From Octopus sinensis (taxonomy: Eukaryota): a DNA stretch of 64,000 nt. A model generated the notes under the pieces. That model was not told the origin of the DNA and searched no databases. It worked only from the letters and a program-made list of their open reading frames with translations. How positions within the stretch are numbered: position 1 is the first letter of the stretch; each line of letters starts with the position of its first letter. Position numbers and translations under genes: made by a program. The stretch is from NCBI RefSeq assembly GCF_006345805.1, contig NC_042997.1, forward strand, positions 2,542,001 through 2,606,000, written 5' to 3'. Of this stretch, positions 42,127 to 57,700 are shown piece by piece.

Positions 42127-43657
42127 AAATGCACACAGATATTGATAGCATTCCCGTAAAAAGCGTTATTTAAGTAAGTGCCACTGTCTCTGTCTATCCA
42201 TCTATAAGCATTAACATACATGCACACACACACATACACACACGCACACACACACGCAGGTATATGTTGATATAAATACACATAAGCACACTCACGCACA
42301 CACATATTAATTGATCGAAAAATAGATAAATAGATAGATTTATCTATGTGAACATAGATAAATACAATTTTGTTGCCTTAATGGTGTTGACATGATAATA
42401 TATAGCATTATGCGCTTTCACAATGATAAAAACCACGCCTAAGAAATCTTTTGGTGTCAACTGATCGATTGTGAAGTTAGCATCGATGTTATTCATTAGG
42501 ACAATTTCAGACATTATAAAGTGGTTTTACTTGAATTGTAAATGCCCCGTGTTGATTGGCGACATGTTCATTAGACATATTGGCTTAAACGTTCACTAGT
42601 AATGAATTTAGAACCCAATTAGTCTACCCTTGTAAATATTACTCTAAATCTACTACTGTAATGCCATTCATGTATAAGTAGCTAATGGAAAAACTAATAA
42701 GAATCACACACGTAGCTTCACTAACGAGACGTTGGCGTTTGACTTTTGCAACCGCTAGCACAAATTAGATGATATATCAAAGTGCCAGTTTCGATTCATT
42801 CCACGGTTCATATGATTGTGCTTAACGTATTCTATGTTCTAACAGAGATTTAGTCAGTGAAATCTACATTAATGCATTAATGTGCAAGATTCTGTGTTTT
42901 TTTGATCGCTACTGCCATGCCTTTAAATATATAGTTGCCAAGGATCTCAGAATATATTTGCACGTAGATCTTTTTATGCATGTATTACAAACCTCTCGCA
43001 CCGTAAGCATGATATTCTACAGTAAGAACTAAACATATTGTACGACAACTCACTGATAATTATCAATTGGCTATTTCACTAAGTTTATGCTTAGCAAAAC
43101 CATTCAAATATTTATATGGAATACGTTTTCCGACATTTATAAAAAACATTCGAAATAAAGGTAATGAATGTCGAATATAGTTTTGGTCTATAGGTTTTTA
43201 CACACCGTATATTGTAAATATGTTGAAGTTAATGTAATAACTTTGATCGGTTAATCAAACAGTAGGTAAAATCCGATGAGTTAGATGTTGATAAAGTACA
43301 TCGTTGAAGTTGGAAACCAGTAATGGGTTGGCTATTCATTTGTGTTTCAAAAGAACGTTTTCTGTATTCGTAGCTTACCCCTGTTATTTTTTTCCATATG
43401 CTAACAGAAGATTTGTATCAAATATGCGAGTTATGGATATAAGGCTGGCTCTTCAGTAAATATGTATGCGTATTATTCTATTATATGATATTAAATGCAA
43501 AATTATGCGGACGTATTTACGCATACAACATACAACCATACATATGTATTCATATATGCGTACATACGTACATATTATACAACATACACACTCTAACACA
43601 CACACACATATATATGCATGTATATGTGTGCATATGTGTGTGAATTTATATACATCC

Positions 43658-43690
<33 letters not shown>

Positions 43691-43694
<4 letters not shown>

Positions 43695-44885
43695 AGCTGA
43701 AACAGAGTAAAAGAGAGAGAGAAGGAGATGTAGTGTGAGATGACCAATATAGATAGAAACTATATAAATAAATGTGTGGCGGTGCATTTTCTCCTGTGAG
43801 TAGGTCATGCGATTTCAGATCTTTATTATCTAAGTTTACATTGTGATACTACCGAGAAATTGAGAGATTGTGTATATCAACCAAACTTCCTTAGTTGAAC
43901 ACAAGTAAATGAGCTTTTCAGTACACACAGGAGCCTAATAAGTTATGACTTCTATGCGTTTATCATATATGCTAAGTGGATATCTCTCTGGGCTACTTGG
44001 CTGACTAAACAAGCGGTTTGATGCATTGATAGAGCAGGAGGGTGGTGAGGGAAAGAGAACTTCACACATACATCCTGCCGTTCAGTGATACAGCTTTAAT
44101 ACACAAAGCTTTATTTGGTAGAATAAGATTAATATCAACTATTCAAACGTTATTTCAGTGACGTTTTTGCTCTTATACTGATGAATATTGTGTACACATA
44201 ACACACAAAAACACGTGTATACACATATTAAAATGTATATGCATGCATATATGTATATATGTATGTATATATATATATAATATATATATATATATACATA
44301 AGCTGAAACAGAGTAAAAGAGAGAGAGAAGGAGATGTAGTGTGAGATGACCAATATAGATAGAAACTATATAAATAAATGTGTGGCGGTGCATTTTCTCC
44401 TGTGAGTAGGTCATGCGATTTCAGATCTTTATTATCTAAGTTTACATTGTGATACTACCGAGAAATTGAGAGATTGTGTATATCAACCAAACTTCCTTAG
44501 TTGAACACAAGTAAATGAGCTTTTCAGTACACACAGGAGCCTAATAAGTTATGACTTCTATGCGTTTATCATATATGCTAAGTGGATATCTCTCTGGGCT
44601 ACTTGGCTGACTAAACAAGCGGTTTGATGCATTGATAGAGCAGGAGGGTGGTGAGGGAAAGAGAACTTCACACATACATCCTGCCGTTCAGTGATACAGC
44701 TTTAATACACAAAGCTTTATTTGGTAGAATAAGATTAATATCAACTATTCAAACGTTATTTCAGTGACGTTTTTGCTCTTATACTGATGAATATTGTGTA
44801 CACATAACACACAAAAACACGTGTATACACATATTAAAATGTATATGCATGCATATATGTATATATGTATGTATATATATATATA
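43691..44885 (+). repeat. Tandem duplication, unit 606 bp (43691-44296 and 44297 to ~44885), junction at (TA)n
   Basis: I found no differences between the unique parts of the two units. Confidence 0.95.
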
Positions 44886-44982
44886 AATATATATATATGT
44901 GTTTGTGTATGTACACACAGACATGTACACACATATATACATTTCTGTGTCTATATAAGCCTATGTACACACGTACATATAC

Positions 44983-45054
<72 letters not shown>

Positions 45055-46309
45055 TGTGTGTGTGTGTGTGTGTATGCGAGTGTGTGTGCGTGTGTGCTAT
45101 GTGAGTATATGTGTGTGTGTTTGAACATACCTACGCATACATATGTGCGCGTATGATTGTGTGTAGATTACATATATAATAGCATATATAACCTTCGGAA
45201 CCTATACTATATTACGTATATGCAGTTCGTAGTACATATATGTAAGAAAATACATGTGCTTTCACATTTACTCGTAGGCGTATACAAATACATGTATGTA
45301 TATTTGCATTTTCATTATCGCCAAGCGATTTCACCATTATTGTTTTGATGGCAAGCCTACTTGATGCATAAAACTGTATAGGGAATCTTTGCAATATTGA
45401 CTGACGCACAGCATTGTAGCCACTACTTTTGTTAAAAGCTAGTTGTTATTCGTATATAATATGCTTGTGTCTCATATTTCTCATGTGAATTGGATTAGAG
45501 GCCCATTAACTTTATGTATCGTTTAAAATCTGTGCGTGGACACCGTATTGTTTGAAAGCTAAAATTGATTGCCATATATGCTCTTAGCTTTGGTCTTCAC
45601 TACAAAAGCAGTTTTAAATCTCCTGACAATTTATAGTATTTTCCTTTCAATATTAAATGGAAAAATAATTTCACATGTAATCAAATTAACAAATCTTACT
45701 AAGCGGATAGAGTGGTTTGTATATATATTGACTAAAGTATTGCATCCGTTAACGATGAATCATCTTCATTCAACCTGTCATCGATAGGCAAACATATTCT
45801 GGCTCCTTGGCAACTATTTATTCAAAAATATCGCAGTAGCCTACTGAACAATTACTAAATAACAATCTTGTCTTACGTGGAAAACACAGAATCATGCATT
45901 TATTGATAATCTAGGTGCTACTTCATTATGAAACTTGAACTGTAATGTTAAGTATATGTACAAAGTCAGATCAGTCGTGCGTGATATGAAAACGTGTCAT
46001 ATCTTGTGACACGATGAGACGTGTTCGAATTCATATTAACACTTCATATATTTAGTAGAAATAGATTACACATCAGTGGTTTAGAACTGCGTAGATTCAT
46101 GTTAAAGGAAAATAGTCAATATATCACTGAGCTAGGAGTTTGCTGAGTCTGATATATGACCTGCAAACAGATATCAGTATTAACATATAAGACCCGATTG
46201 TATATGAGGCCTACCTTCTCTTCATTCGGTGTATTAGATAAATCCCCTGTATATCAGTTGGCCAGTGTACACATACAGGCGCAGAGAGAGACGCCCACTC
46301 ACATATAAA

Positions 46310-46365
<56 letters not shown>

Positions 46366-47933
46366 TGTGTGTGAGTTTGTGTGTGTGTAAGAATATACTC
46401 TCTACCTGGTCAAATCCGGCGGGACGATGTTCAGTCTGGGCTGACCTGATATTTAGATTCAATTTAAATATGGCAGCATGCATCACTTTTTAAGCCAGCA
46501 ATAATCGGCAACTCAATGAGTGCGTACACAACCGTTTCGTTTTATGTACATCTCGAATCTTTCAGCAGTCTCTAGCGTTGATCTCCAGAAGACAATGTCC
46601 AGCGATGGCGCTTCGACTCTGGGAATTTGGGGAAATTTTGCTTGAACTCCAGCCCTACAATCTCGGGAACACATTAGCCAGTTGATTTACATTGACGTTC
46701 AAGGATTTAGTCCAAACTATTCCAAAGAGGAAACTCCAATGATCGCTTTACCGAATGGTTGCGATGGGAACTGCGCGCTAGATAAGATCTCAAATGTCCA
46801 GTGCTCCTTCTTTAACCTTACTCGACGAAAAAAATAATCTGGGAAAACGCGCCTTACAAATCTCGACTATTTCGACTTATCTTTGAGGAACAACTGAAGT
46901 TGCTGCTACCTCAGCACATGTATGCACACCATTACCCACAGCATACCTCAATCTCGACGTAGTGGACCAGAACTGTAATTGGAGTGTGTGACCAGTGAAA
47001 CGCACATTGCACAAAAGTGGATTGGGAGACGATTCAATCAAGTCGCACGGGAACCTTGGCAGACACAACTGCCAATGTAGACATCAGTCGCAGCTTACCG
47101 AACTTTGAAGGAGAGCTTCTGCTTCTGAGTAAGCCTGGCGACCTTACAAGTTAATTTGTCCCAGCTCCTCAACGTCTAGTGATCTGTAACAAACAAGCAT
47201 AAAGCAATTGTACCGGTACATCATTTCAAATACTTATGGCACCGTTGGACATGAAGTAACAAACTCACCCTGTACCATTCCCCGGGATCAACGACATCTC
47301 AATTATAGCATTAACAGCTTCAACAAGGACGAGAAGAAATTATCGAGGGGGTCCTGTAGTTGAGACCCATAAGTTACGAATCCCTTTCTTCTTAAATTAT
47401 ATAAGCCATCAAAGAACACGTCGTATTATGTAAGTAGGATTTTCATGGCGATGCCAGAGAATGATATATAGAAATATATTTTGTAATTATAAATTTGAAT
47501 TTTTCAAAAATCATTGACATTATGCCAATCATGCATTCTTATTTTCCATTGCAAGTAGAATTCAGGCGTTAGCGTGCTGTGACAGATTGTAACAATCTGT
47601 GATTTCATGCCGGTAGCAAAAAAAAACTAAAAATGATGGTACGGATGTTGCCAATATACATATTTTTTATGTTTAGACAAACTGGAATCTACCAAATGTA
47701 TCGGTATTATATTTATTGTCAGAAATCTTTTAATGCCTGCGAAAAATTATTGTCTTTCAAGCTAAGGATTGTTTACGATGTAAAGAAAATCTATGAATCG
47801 TAACGATCATTGCTTTAAATTGATAAGCCGTGGGGCATCCACATTGATACAAGCAGATAACTATTTAACTCAGACAATTTCGCTAAATGCTTCCTGCATA
47901 ATGATTCTTCGTTAAGATAAGCCATATGTATAA

Positions 47934-47989
<56 letters not shown>

Positions 47990-48410
47990 ATATACATATG
48001 CATATATATATATATAAATATACGTATACACATATATAGATATCGTAATACATTATATTATAAATGAATATGTGCATGATAGTATTGTGTGTATTATCAT
48101 GCTTGAATGGTATAAATCATATGTGATCCCGAGAGATAACCGATAATGCAATCCGAAATTCGGTTATCCACTATTGGATAAAAAGTAAAAATGCAACGAA
48201 AAGAACTAATTTAAGAGGTAAACTATCCACTAATCCACTAATGAGTTTTGAAAGACGTACAAATTATAACTTTGCGGATTCAAATCCTTTTTGTATTTCC
48301 TTAATCAGATCTTCATACATAATACATTGTATTGGCAATAATCGATAAATTTCGAGATCTAACTATTGGAAAGTAACATACAAAGATTCCAATAAGTATA
48401 TATATACATA

Positions 48411-48477
<67 letters not shown>

Positions 48478-48497
48478 ATAACTAAATGGATGCATAC

Positions 48498-48531
<34 letters not shown>

Positions 48532-49747
48532 GAATATATACATGCATATATATTATATATACATATGTACACATCGGACATACATACATACATTCGTGTA
48601 TGCACAATGGAAATTGCATTTTATATATCATTTCCTTGGACAAGCAAAACTTTAATGATTGTGAGAGCTATTTGGAGATCATTATCTACTTTTATCATAT
48701 CCATTTATCATAGGTTCCTTTATGGAAGGAACGTTTTCTCTCTAATTCGAGCAACCACATTTCATATCGTAACCAGACTCGGCACTATTTATCAACACAC
48801 GAAACTGCTCGACTTAGATTGGTGAAATACTATAAACCGTAGATAACATGCAATGTAGGACATCGTCAAACCGATTAGTCCTACACCGACTGCATAATCA
48901 TTAATTTTGTAATGGAAAAGCATTCCAATCATAGACTTGGAATTATATATCTGAGACTATTCCAGGTGAGTGATTCCTATACTGGTTAAGAACAACAGAA
49001 ACCAATACTTTACAATGCACCAACATAGTATCATTTCTCTTGTTACTATTTGCATTTTGTAGTCCTTATGTTGAAATGAAGAATACTAGAATGGTTGGAC
49101 ATCGTTGATTTTCTTCTATGCCGATAGCAGAATAGCCAAGGGAGTATCTTAAGAATTCGAGCTGTACAAACAACGAAACGCATGTTTGTTTCATACAACA
49201 ATTTATCTCAATTTAACTTAATTCCCTCGCTGATAAATACAAATAATCACTTATTGTAGTCACTGAAGTGTTGCTGTGCTTAGGATCCACACACCAAAGT
49301 TCACTTCACAATAACGTGCCCACTACTCTGTCTTAATGATCCCCCTCTCCCTATATAGATATCTGTGTGTATGTGTGTGTGAGAGAGAGTGTGTAAGTGT
49401 GTGTGTGTGAGTAGTTTCACTACGATGGTTTTGTTAAGCAGCGTCGATTTCACAATTCTGGAAATAATAATAATAGTATTTTATAAGGTTAAAGCTTATA
49501 ACGATCACAACGCAATGACTAAAAAAATAGTCTAATAATGGGGAATATAAAGACTCGACAGAAAAAAAGGTTTTCCCGTAAGGTCAATGACGCTACTTGA
49601 TACATTGACTGGTGCTTCATGTGATATGACACCGGTCATTAACAGAAAAAAAAAACACAAACAAAACGCACAAACACACACATAGAAGTAGAAGGAAATA
49701 ATTTGTATGTGTGCGTACATGTATGTATGAGTACAAACGCAGGTGGA

Positions 49748-49922
49748 GGCGCAATTGCCCAGAGGTTAGCGTAGCGGACTCGCGGTCGTAGGATCGTGGT
49801 TTCGATTCCCAGACTAGGCGTCGTGAGTATTTATTGAGCGAAGGCACCTAAAGCTCTACGAGGCTCTGGCAGGGGCTGGTGGTGAACCCTGCTGTACTCT
49901 TTCACCACGACTTTCTATCATT
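49748..49922 (+). mobile_element. tRNA-derived SINE of a fourth family, directly upstream of the HERO-like fragment
   Basis: GGCGCAATTGCCCAGAGGTTAGCGTAGCGG (A box region) and GGTTTCGATTCC (B box). Confidence 0.8.
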
Positions 49923-49929
49923 CCTCTTT

Positions 49930-50740
49930 AAAGATGGAACGTCTCAGAGAATGGCATGTGCAAATGCGGAAAGGTCGGAATACCCAAACATATTCTTTCC
50001 AACTGTTCATTAGCAATGAACAGGTATACATGCAGACACAACTTGGTCCTTAAGGTTATCTTCAATGCTATAAAGAACCAAATTTATCTCAACAAAACTG
50101 AGGAAAAACCGTTGAAATTACCAACTACATATTTCGTTAACTTCGTGCGCTGAGGTCAGCGGATCCGTTTCAAGAAAAACGAGAAACTTCCTGTGAGATA
50201 TAAAAAGTGGAACAGCTATTGGGAAGTGACTGCAGATTTATCAGAGTGTCAGTGGTTCTTTCCCATCCCAGTTACGAAAAAACCGCACATTTTGATATGG
50301 TGTGAAAGAAGGAAAGTCAACGGTTCCTCATTAAGATAACATGGACGCCGCTCGGGCTCGAAAGATTGACGGTTATGTAAACCTCCTCGAGGAATATGGA
50401 GACGCAGGCTGGAAAGCGGAGCATTTTCCAATCGAAGTTGGATGTAGAGGGTTTGTCGGACACAGTATGAGATGACTATTGTTATCGTTAGGCCTAACCC
50501 ATCGTAAAGTCAATATCATGATGACCGATATCCAAACTACAGTGGAAAAGGCTAGCCTCTGGATTTGTTTAAAAAGAGACGATGAGCAATAGTTAGAGAA
50601 ATGTTGAGCATTATTTAGTAACCAGTTGATCTAGCAAGCGGGGCCTCATATCAGTGAGGTGGGGGCGGTACGCATTGATGCTGTCGAGAGGTATGTCCCG
50701 AAACAGTGCGCACTCTCTCCTGATGACCTCATACCTTTGC
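49930..50740 (+). mobile_element. 5'-truncated, decayed RLE-type non-LTR retrotransposon (HERO-like) 3' end
   Basis: CCHC knuckle CKCGKVGIPKHILSNC..RYTCRHNLVL; endonuclease region WEVTADL..KKPHILIWC (PD changed to PH), TVP..NM, RARKIDGY, AGWKAEHFPIEVGCRGFVG, VEKASLWICLKR; then 3'UTR. Several stops and frameshifts. Confidence 0.82.
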
Positions 50741-50986
50741 TGGCTTCCGGTATGTGGAGTTCTCGACTGGTAGCACTTTCATGTGCAAGTTGTTTGCAAG
50801 ACATGTTATTTTTTAATTTTTTTCCTCATTTTCCTGGAAATTCTTCCATATATTTCTTAATGTACACACACACGCACACCCACGCATACACACACAGAGG
50901 CAGACACACACACACAAACACATATATATATATACATATATATATATATGTATATATATATGTATATATGCAGACTCACACATATG

Positions 50987-51068
<82 letters not shown>

Positions 51069-53644
51069 GAGAGAGAGAGAAAGAGAGAACTAGAATTATC
51101 TTACTCTACTTTTGGGAATGTTTCACCCGCTCCTACCAAAACTGAAATTTCCTACACGAGCTTTTACTTTTCGTTTGATAACACCTTTCTCTGTGTAGAT
51201 ATAGAAACGTAAATTTTTCTTAAATTAAATTACATATTATGTTTGAAGCTACGTTGACGTTAAATGGTGATCCACAAGCATTCAACCATGAGCGCGTTGC
51301 ATCTTTTAGCATAAAAAGCTGTATATTAATGAAGTACATGGCAAAATTCCTTCGCAATTGCAATTTCTTCCATTTCCAATGTGAGTGTAAGTATACGCAC
51401 ATACACACATATATTATGAGGAACAATATGCTTGATTTTTAAAATAGTTTTCACTCAGTACTAGAATAAATGTAATGTAATACGCTTACTCATTTTCAGG
51501 AAAATATTAAGAAAAGAGTTAGACGATGGGAAAGAAATAATAAAAGGCAAGAAATTGAAGATACAATATTTTAATAATGCTTCAGGTTATAATTCCTTGT
51601 AACTATGAGAGAAAAATTTCACGTTTGAATTCTTGAAAATATTTCATATATTTTCAAAGAAACATTTGAAACTAATAAATCAATCTACAATTAGTTTTTG
51701 AGAGTTAATATACAGTACTATTTGTAACATCCTAGGTTTTGTTCGGTTTAAACGTCCCTTTCATTTGTGCCTATGCCAAAATCTAATCATGTTACCCAGA
51801 ATTTGTTTTTATTCAAAGTTAAAATGGGAACTTTTATCTAGACATCTACATTCTGTTCTTTTTAAAAACGCTTCTACTACAGACAAGGTGAATTTTATTT
51901 ACGCTGTCGGGACTTGACAGAACACATATCGTACTTTTAAATACATCCGTGTATAAATATATACGCATCATTCTCCTAAGATTTTCTATTTTTTTCCTAT
52001 TTCTTTCCCAATTTATTCGTAGTTAATTCAATATATTGTTTTTGAACAATTTTATTCTGTAGGGGGATACATTTTACAGTATATTTTACACTTTTACATA
52101 TTTGCAGGAACGACCTGTCCGTATGTTTCTAAAATGTTTGTTTCACAACTTCATCGCATGTATACTTTACACAACAATTTTTTAATCACTTTCAAAACAT
52201 TTTCTATTGGTATTACCATCATATGATTCTATCAAAAGGGGTTTGGGTGTTTATAGATAACATATTTGCCACATAGTGTATTTTAAAATTATTATTTATA
52301 TTTTCATTTTATTTAGTCTTTAATCAGTAACTTGTGCAGATTTAAAGCTGTTAACCGGGCTTGTAATAATTTTACATCGTATGGTTCAGCGAACGGTGTC
52401 CAATCAAAACCTGATATAATCTTTTAATATTTCCTGATAGAAAGGTAGATAGCTAGATAGATAAATTGATTCATCGAGAGAAATAGATAAATAAACAGAT
52501 TGATAGATAAATTGATATAGATGTATAAATATGTACATATAATTATGTATGCGTAGTTGATTATATATATATATATATACATATATACATATAAAAACGG
52601 TGCGCATAAACACTAATATTCATGCATGCATACATACATGTATACAAACACATAGTAGATTATTTCGATATAATATATGCATCTAAATTTTCCATTAAGA
52701 GCAACATTAGTTGTTATTATTGCTGAATATTGTTTTTATTACAGATTACCTAATAAATAAAGTAATAAAAATCATATCTGATATAATGGCATAATCCTAT
52801 CGAAAAGTCTTTGGGTTATGCAACATTTGCATCCTTTATCGCACCATTTGCTCCACAGTTCAGTTCATATTGGTGTGCAATCAATCGTAGATAACCACAC
52901 TGTTAAATATGTATGAGGGAAACAAAACACATTTCAAATAATATTCCTATAGAGATATAGCGTATGTCACAAGTATTTTATATGGTGTTTGGAATATGTA
53001 TTATTTTTATTTTATTTTCCCCAATATAATATCGAGTATAATTAAGGGTGTAAGATTAATTTAATGTAAGATTTATATCTCATACAATTCCAGTCCGGAA
53101 ATATTTAATGTTAATCAAATATATACAATCAAGAATATATCAATGTATTTCCTATTTCATTATATTAAATGTAAAGCTTATTACCCGTATTACTCTCCCA
53201 AAATGTTAAATTTGAGAGATGCATTTCGTTTTACTAGTAGGAATCCAAACGGAACGTTATATTAATCATTGCATAAGCATGTTTCTTTTATTTTCTCGCG
53301 AATCTATTTCAGATAGAAGCTCACAATTCTGGTTTTGTTTAGCTTCTGCTAAGATCTGGAATTGTCCAATGATTAATTAATTTCTACTACATGAATTAGC
53401 GAATATAATTGAATACCCGGTTGTCCATGTTATGAAATCACGGCCTTTATGCTTGCGTATCACTCTCTTCAGTGGCATAAGCATGTAGGTGTATGTTATG
53501 CATATAAACATGCTTAAATATTTCATGGTAAAATGAAAACGTACGTAAATGTAGTACGGAGTACAATGCTACAACAAATATTAGACTTTACATTATGAAT
53601 CTGCAAATAATTTCCTCCATAGTATAAATATCTTTAAGTTTCCA

Positions 53645-53685
<41 letters not shown>

Positions 53686-53687
53686 TT

Positions 53688-53722
<35 letters not shown>

Positions 53723-53752
53723 AATATATATAAATATATATATATATGTATG

Positions 53753-53876
<124 letters not shown>

Positions 53877-53890
53877 ATATATATATATAT

Positions 53891-54669
53891 TTCAGGTGAA
53901 ACTCTCGCGGCGTCCAACAACATCAGAGACTTGGGAGTAATTGTGGACAACAACGTAAGCTGGGCCACTCATATAAATACCAAAGTTGACATGCCCCGCA
54001 GAATGTGTTCCTGGATTCTCAGAACTTTCCAGTCGAGAGATATCCACACCATTATCCTTCTCTTCTCCACTTTTGCCCGACCCCACCTTGAATACTGTTG
54101 TCCACTGTGGTCTCCCCACACAATACAAGGTATCATAAAAGTTGAAGCACCTCAAAGGGCAATCACAAAAAAGATAGATGGCATGACAGGCCTCGACTAT
54201 TGGGGTCGACTAGAAAAGCTAAAACTCTATTCTCTCCAACGTCGTCGTGAGCGCTACATCATCTGCATGATGTGGAAAATATTCCATCAGCATTGCCCAA
54301 ATGATGTTGGCATCACCTTTAAGGTACATCCAAGGCTTGGGCCCCGTGCCATCCGCCCAAAACAAAAATCGCACTCTCATCTCATAACAACAATACGGCA
54401 CAATTATTTCACCTCAATTGACCCCGCTCTCTTTAACATTACACCAAAACACATTAAAACAGAAACTGACCCTATAGGGTTCAAGAAGTCTTTGGACAGA
54501 TTCCTTCAAGAAATCCCGGATAAACCCCCTACACCCGGATATGTCTCTGTAAACAATAACTCTCTACTTGAGTGGGCCATAGTGCCCAAATTCTGACTTG
54601 AAAGACTTCACCAGGTGGTGCTATTAAGTTAGACATGGCCTGGGCCAATAATGGCCGAAACCTATCAAA

Positions 54670-54670
<1 letters not shown>
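53891..54670 (+). mobile_element. 5'-truncated CR1-group (CR1/L2/Crack-like) LINE: ORF2 C-terminus plus 3'UTR, embedded in (TA)n
   Basis: Uninterrupted ~233-aa frame with RDLGVIVD..W..HI, RPHLEYCCPLWSP, QRAITKKIDG..Y..RLEKLKLYSLQRRRER and stop at 54594-54596. (TA)n lies on both sides (~53710-53890 and 54671-54722). Confidence 0.9.
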
Positions 54671-54725
<55 letters not shown>

Positions 54726-57700
54726 CTGTATGAGTTAGAGGTTAAGTAACCATCTAGGGGATATTAAATCTCCAATATACTACTGGATGTATACCGACGT
54801 ATTTATATCCAAGTGCTTACTATTGCAGGGTAATATCGCAATTGAATACTAGGTATGGACGGGAGTAAATCAGAAATTCACCCAGGATCTATAAGGCAAA
54901 TGTGAAAATGGAGAGGATAAACTTTCGACAAACATTAGCCTGTAAACATTCAATTATATCTACCTATTAATTGATTACAATCATTGGTGTAAATGAAACA
55001 AACGAATGAAATGGGCAAATAAAAAGTACGTAAATATATAAGTAAAAATAAACGAATAAGAATATATGAATGTATAAATACTAAACTCTTACATCTGTTT
55101 TTACCATGGGGTTGCCTAGTCTTCCAAGTTTTCCACATCACGCCAGTGATATAAAGGGATGAACAAACATTGGGCAGGAGTTGGACAATGTTTGAGCCCC
55201 AAGGCTTCAGCAGAAAGACCGAATGTTAGGAAGCAAATATATGGGGAAGTAATTTAAAGTAATAAAGTAAAATAAAATAAAAATAGAAATAGTAAGGAAT
55301 GTTATGAACGTCATTTCAAGGTGCTATCATAATCCATGGTATTACATCTTAAGATATACTAACATATGCATATATATGTGTGTGTGTATGTGTGTGCATG
55401 TGAGAATGCGTTTCCGTATTAGTGTGTATGTATATGTGGTGTGCATATGTAAGTACACATATTATTTTATATAGTTTTAATCTAGTTTTCTTGCAGTACG
55501 TATGTAAGCGTTTATTGCAGATTATATTACTTACAATCAAATTGGAATTATGTTAGACACTAAAATTTAGAGGGTGCCAATGACAAAAGATATTTTCAAA
55601 CCTGTGTTGCCTTCTATTGATGATTGAATCTCTATAAAAAGGTTTTAACTATCTCAAACTTCCTAAACCGAATATCGTAGTTTGCAGTTTTATTGCAATT
55701 TGAAATCAAGCAAATTTCACGTTGCCTAATAGTTAAAAACCTTTTTCACATTTACTTAGAGAGTTTATGAATGAATTTATTCACCTTACGTCTTAACATT
55801 TTTAATGTTGCTCTTTACATTCATGGATTTTACTCGACCACTCTATCTAACTTTATTAGACAAGGACAATAAATCAGATGTATGCATATATGCATGTATG
55901 AATGTCCCTAGGTATGTATGTTTGTATGTAAGTAATTATGAAAGTTGTTAAGTAAGCCAATGTTACGCGTGTTGTAATGTAGTGAAATGGCTTCAATCAC
56001 TTTTAGAAATTTATACAAATGTATTTTTATATGTCATCGCCTAGATACTGTTTCATCATAGTTCCAATAGAATATAATCAAACGTTTATTCGCCAAAACG
56101 TCAAATCTGCATTTTTGAATACGATGAATAGGAAAACAGTATACCTAACATCTTTGAGCTAAAAAATGACGCACCTGTTCGACTTCAACAGCTATAACGT
56201 GCTTGTGCGTCTTTTTGTTAAAAAGTAAATCGGTGCAGTATATCATCTCCTTCTAACGTATAAAAAAATGTAAGTGCCACTTTATAAATATTAATGTGAG
56301 ACAATACTGATAATCTTCTGCTTCCTTTAATTTTACAAGGCACTCATCAATTTAGGAAACAAGTAATCAAATCGATCTTGAATTTTCATCCTAATTTTAT
56401 ATGTAACTGGTCTGCATAATGTAGGACTAATTAGTTAACTTAGTTCGATAGAAACCTACTAATTTTAAAATTGCTTTCATTAAGAAAGAAATATATAATG
56501 ATTTTCTGAGAGAATTTCGGAAGCTGTAAAAAAGAAATTAGCATCATATATATAGATATACTACAAAATGTTCCAATGGATTTTAAGTCGCGTTATTCAG
56601 TTGTTTGTGTGCATTAAACATATAAGAGATAAATCATTAACTGGCAGAAATGACAGTGTACGGTTGGCGTAGTGAGCCTCTATATTTCCTCGCTACGAAT
56701 TCATTGTAATAAATGCAGTCAGCAGATATAAATGTTATTGAAATACAACTCATACGAGCATCTAAAGTTTTCTCCCATCAATAAATATCTTCAGTGGATA
56801 GAATGACACTATTTGAAAGATTAATGAATTAGCAAGGGATTCTATGAAATTCTAGAAATGAAAACCAATCCATTTACAAGTGAAAATATGGTACCGAGGA
56901 ATCTGCAATGGCAACAAAATCGGGAAAAGTGTTTTTTGGCCGTTGTAATTTCAGATTTTTACCATTTAACTTCTCATATAACAATGTCCCTTAATATCAG
57001 CTGCATAGAACACACTCTGATCTGTATTTCTGTGCGAGGTTCAATAATTCATTTAAGAGCTTTTTTTTACAAATATACTCAATATTTTGTTTTACGGTGA
57101 TATTTATTTTAATGCGATATTTTAATTCACCGAGATAAGTTTTCACGCGTATATTCAGTAACATAGACATTACAGAGATATAGTTATATATTTAATGCTT
57201 GGGATCACATAAGAGAGAAGTGATATTCTGTTTAAATATGATTTTACATATTCAACCTAAGAATGAGAAAATAGGTCACAGAATTTAATATACAATGTTA
57301 GATATCGTCTCGGCTTCTTTGGCAACATGGACATGTCTATGGAATCAAAAGCATTCGAGATAAGTATAAAAATATATTCTTGTCTGGATATGTTTAATTC
57401 AATAGTAAGAACAGAAAACATTTCTCATTTAAACAGTTTCTATAAATTTAAGTTGATCAAAGCATTTAGCTTTGACTCCTAAATTCAGATATTAAGGAAA
57501 AAGGATGAGTTGAGGTCATACATATATATATTTTAAAATAATAACATTTTCTTTTAGAAATATATTGGAACTTCGAATATTGACTTCATATTGACTGCTG
57601 CACTAGTGCAACAATACCAACCATAAATGTATAAATGATGGAATAATAGGTGGTCAACGTTGTAGTATTGAAACATTTTATGATGTTGAAAATTGTATTC

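Noticed and set aside
46560-47100. GC-richer segment faintly resembling a Gypsy gag
   Set aside because: Only vague motif similarity, with no LTRs, PBS or pol domains found.
48700-48971. Perfect plus-strand donor CAG|GTGAGT at 48965
   Set aside because: No convincing ORF, acceptor or partner exon; a single consensus match is insufficient.
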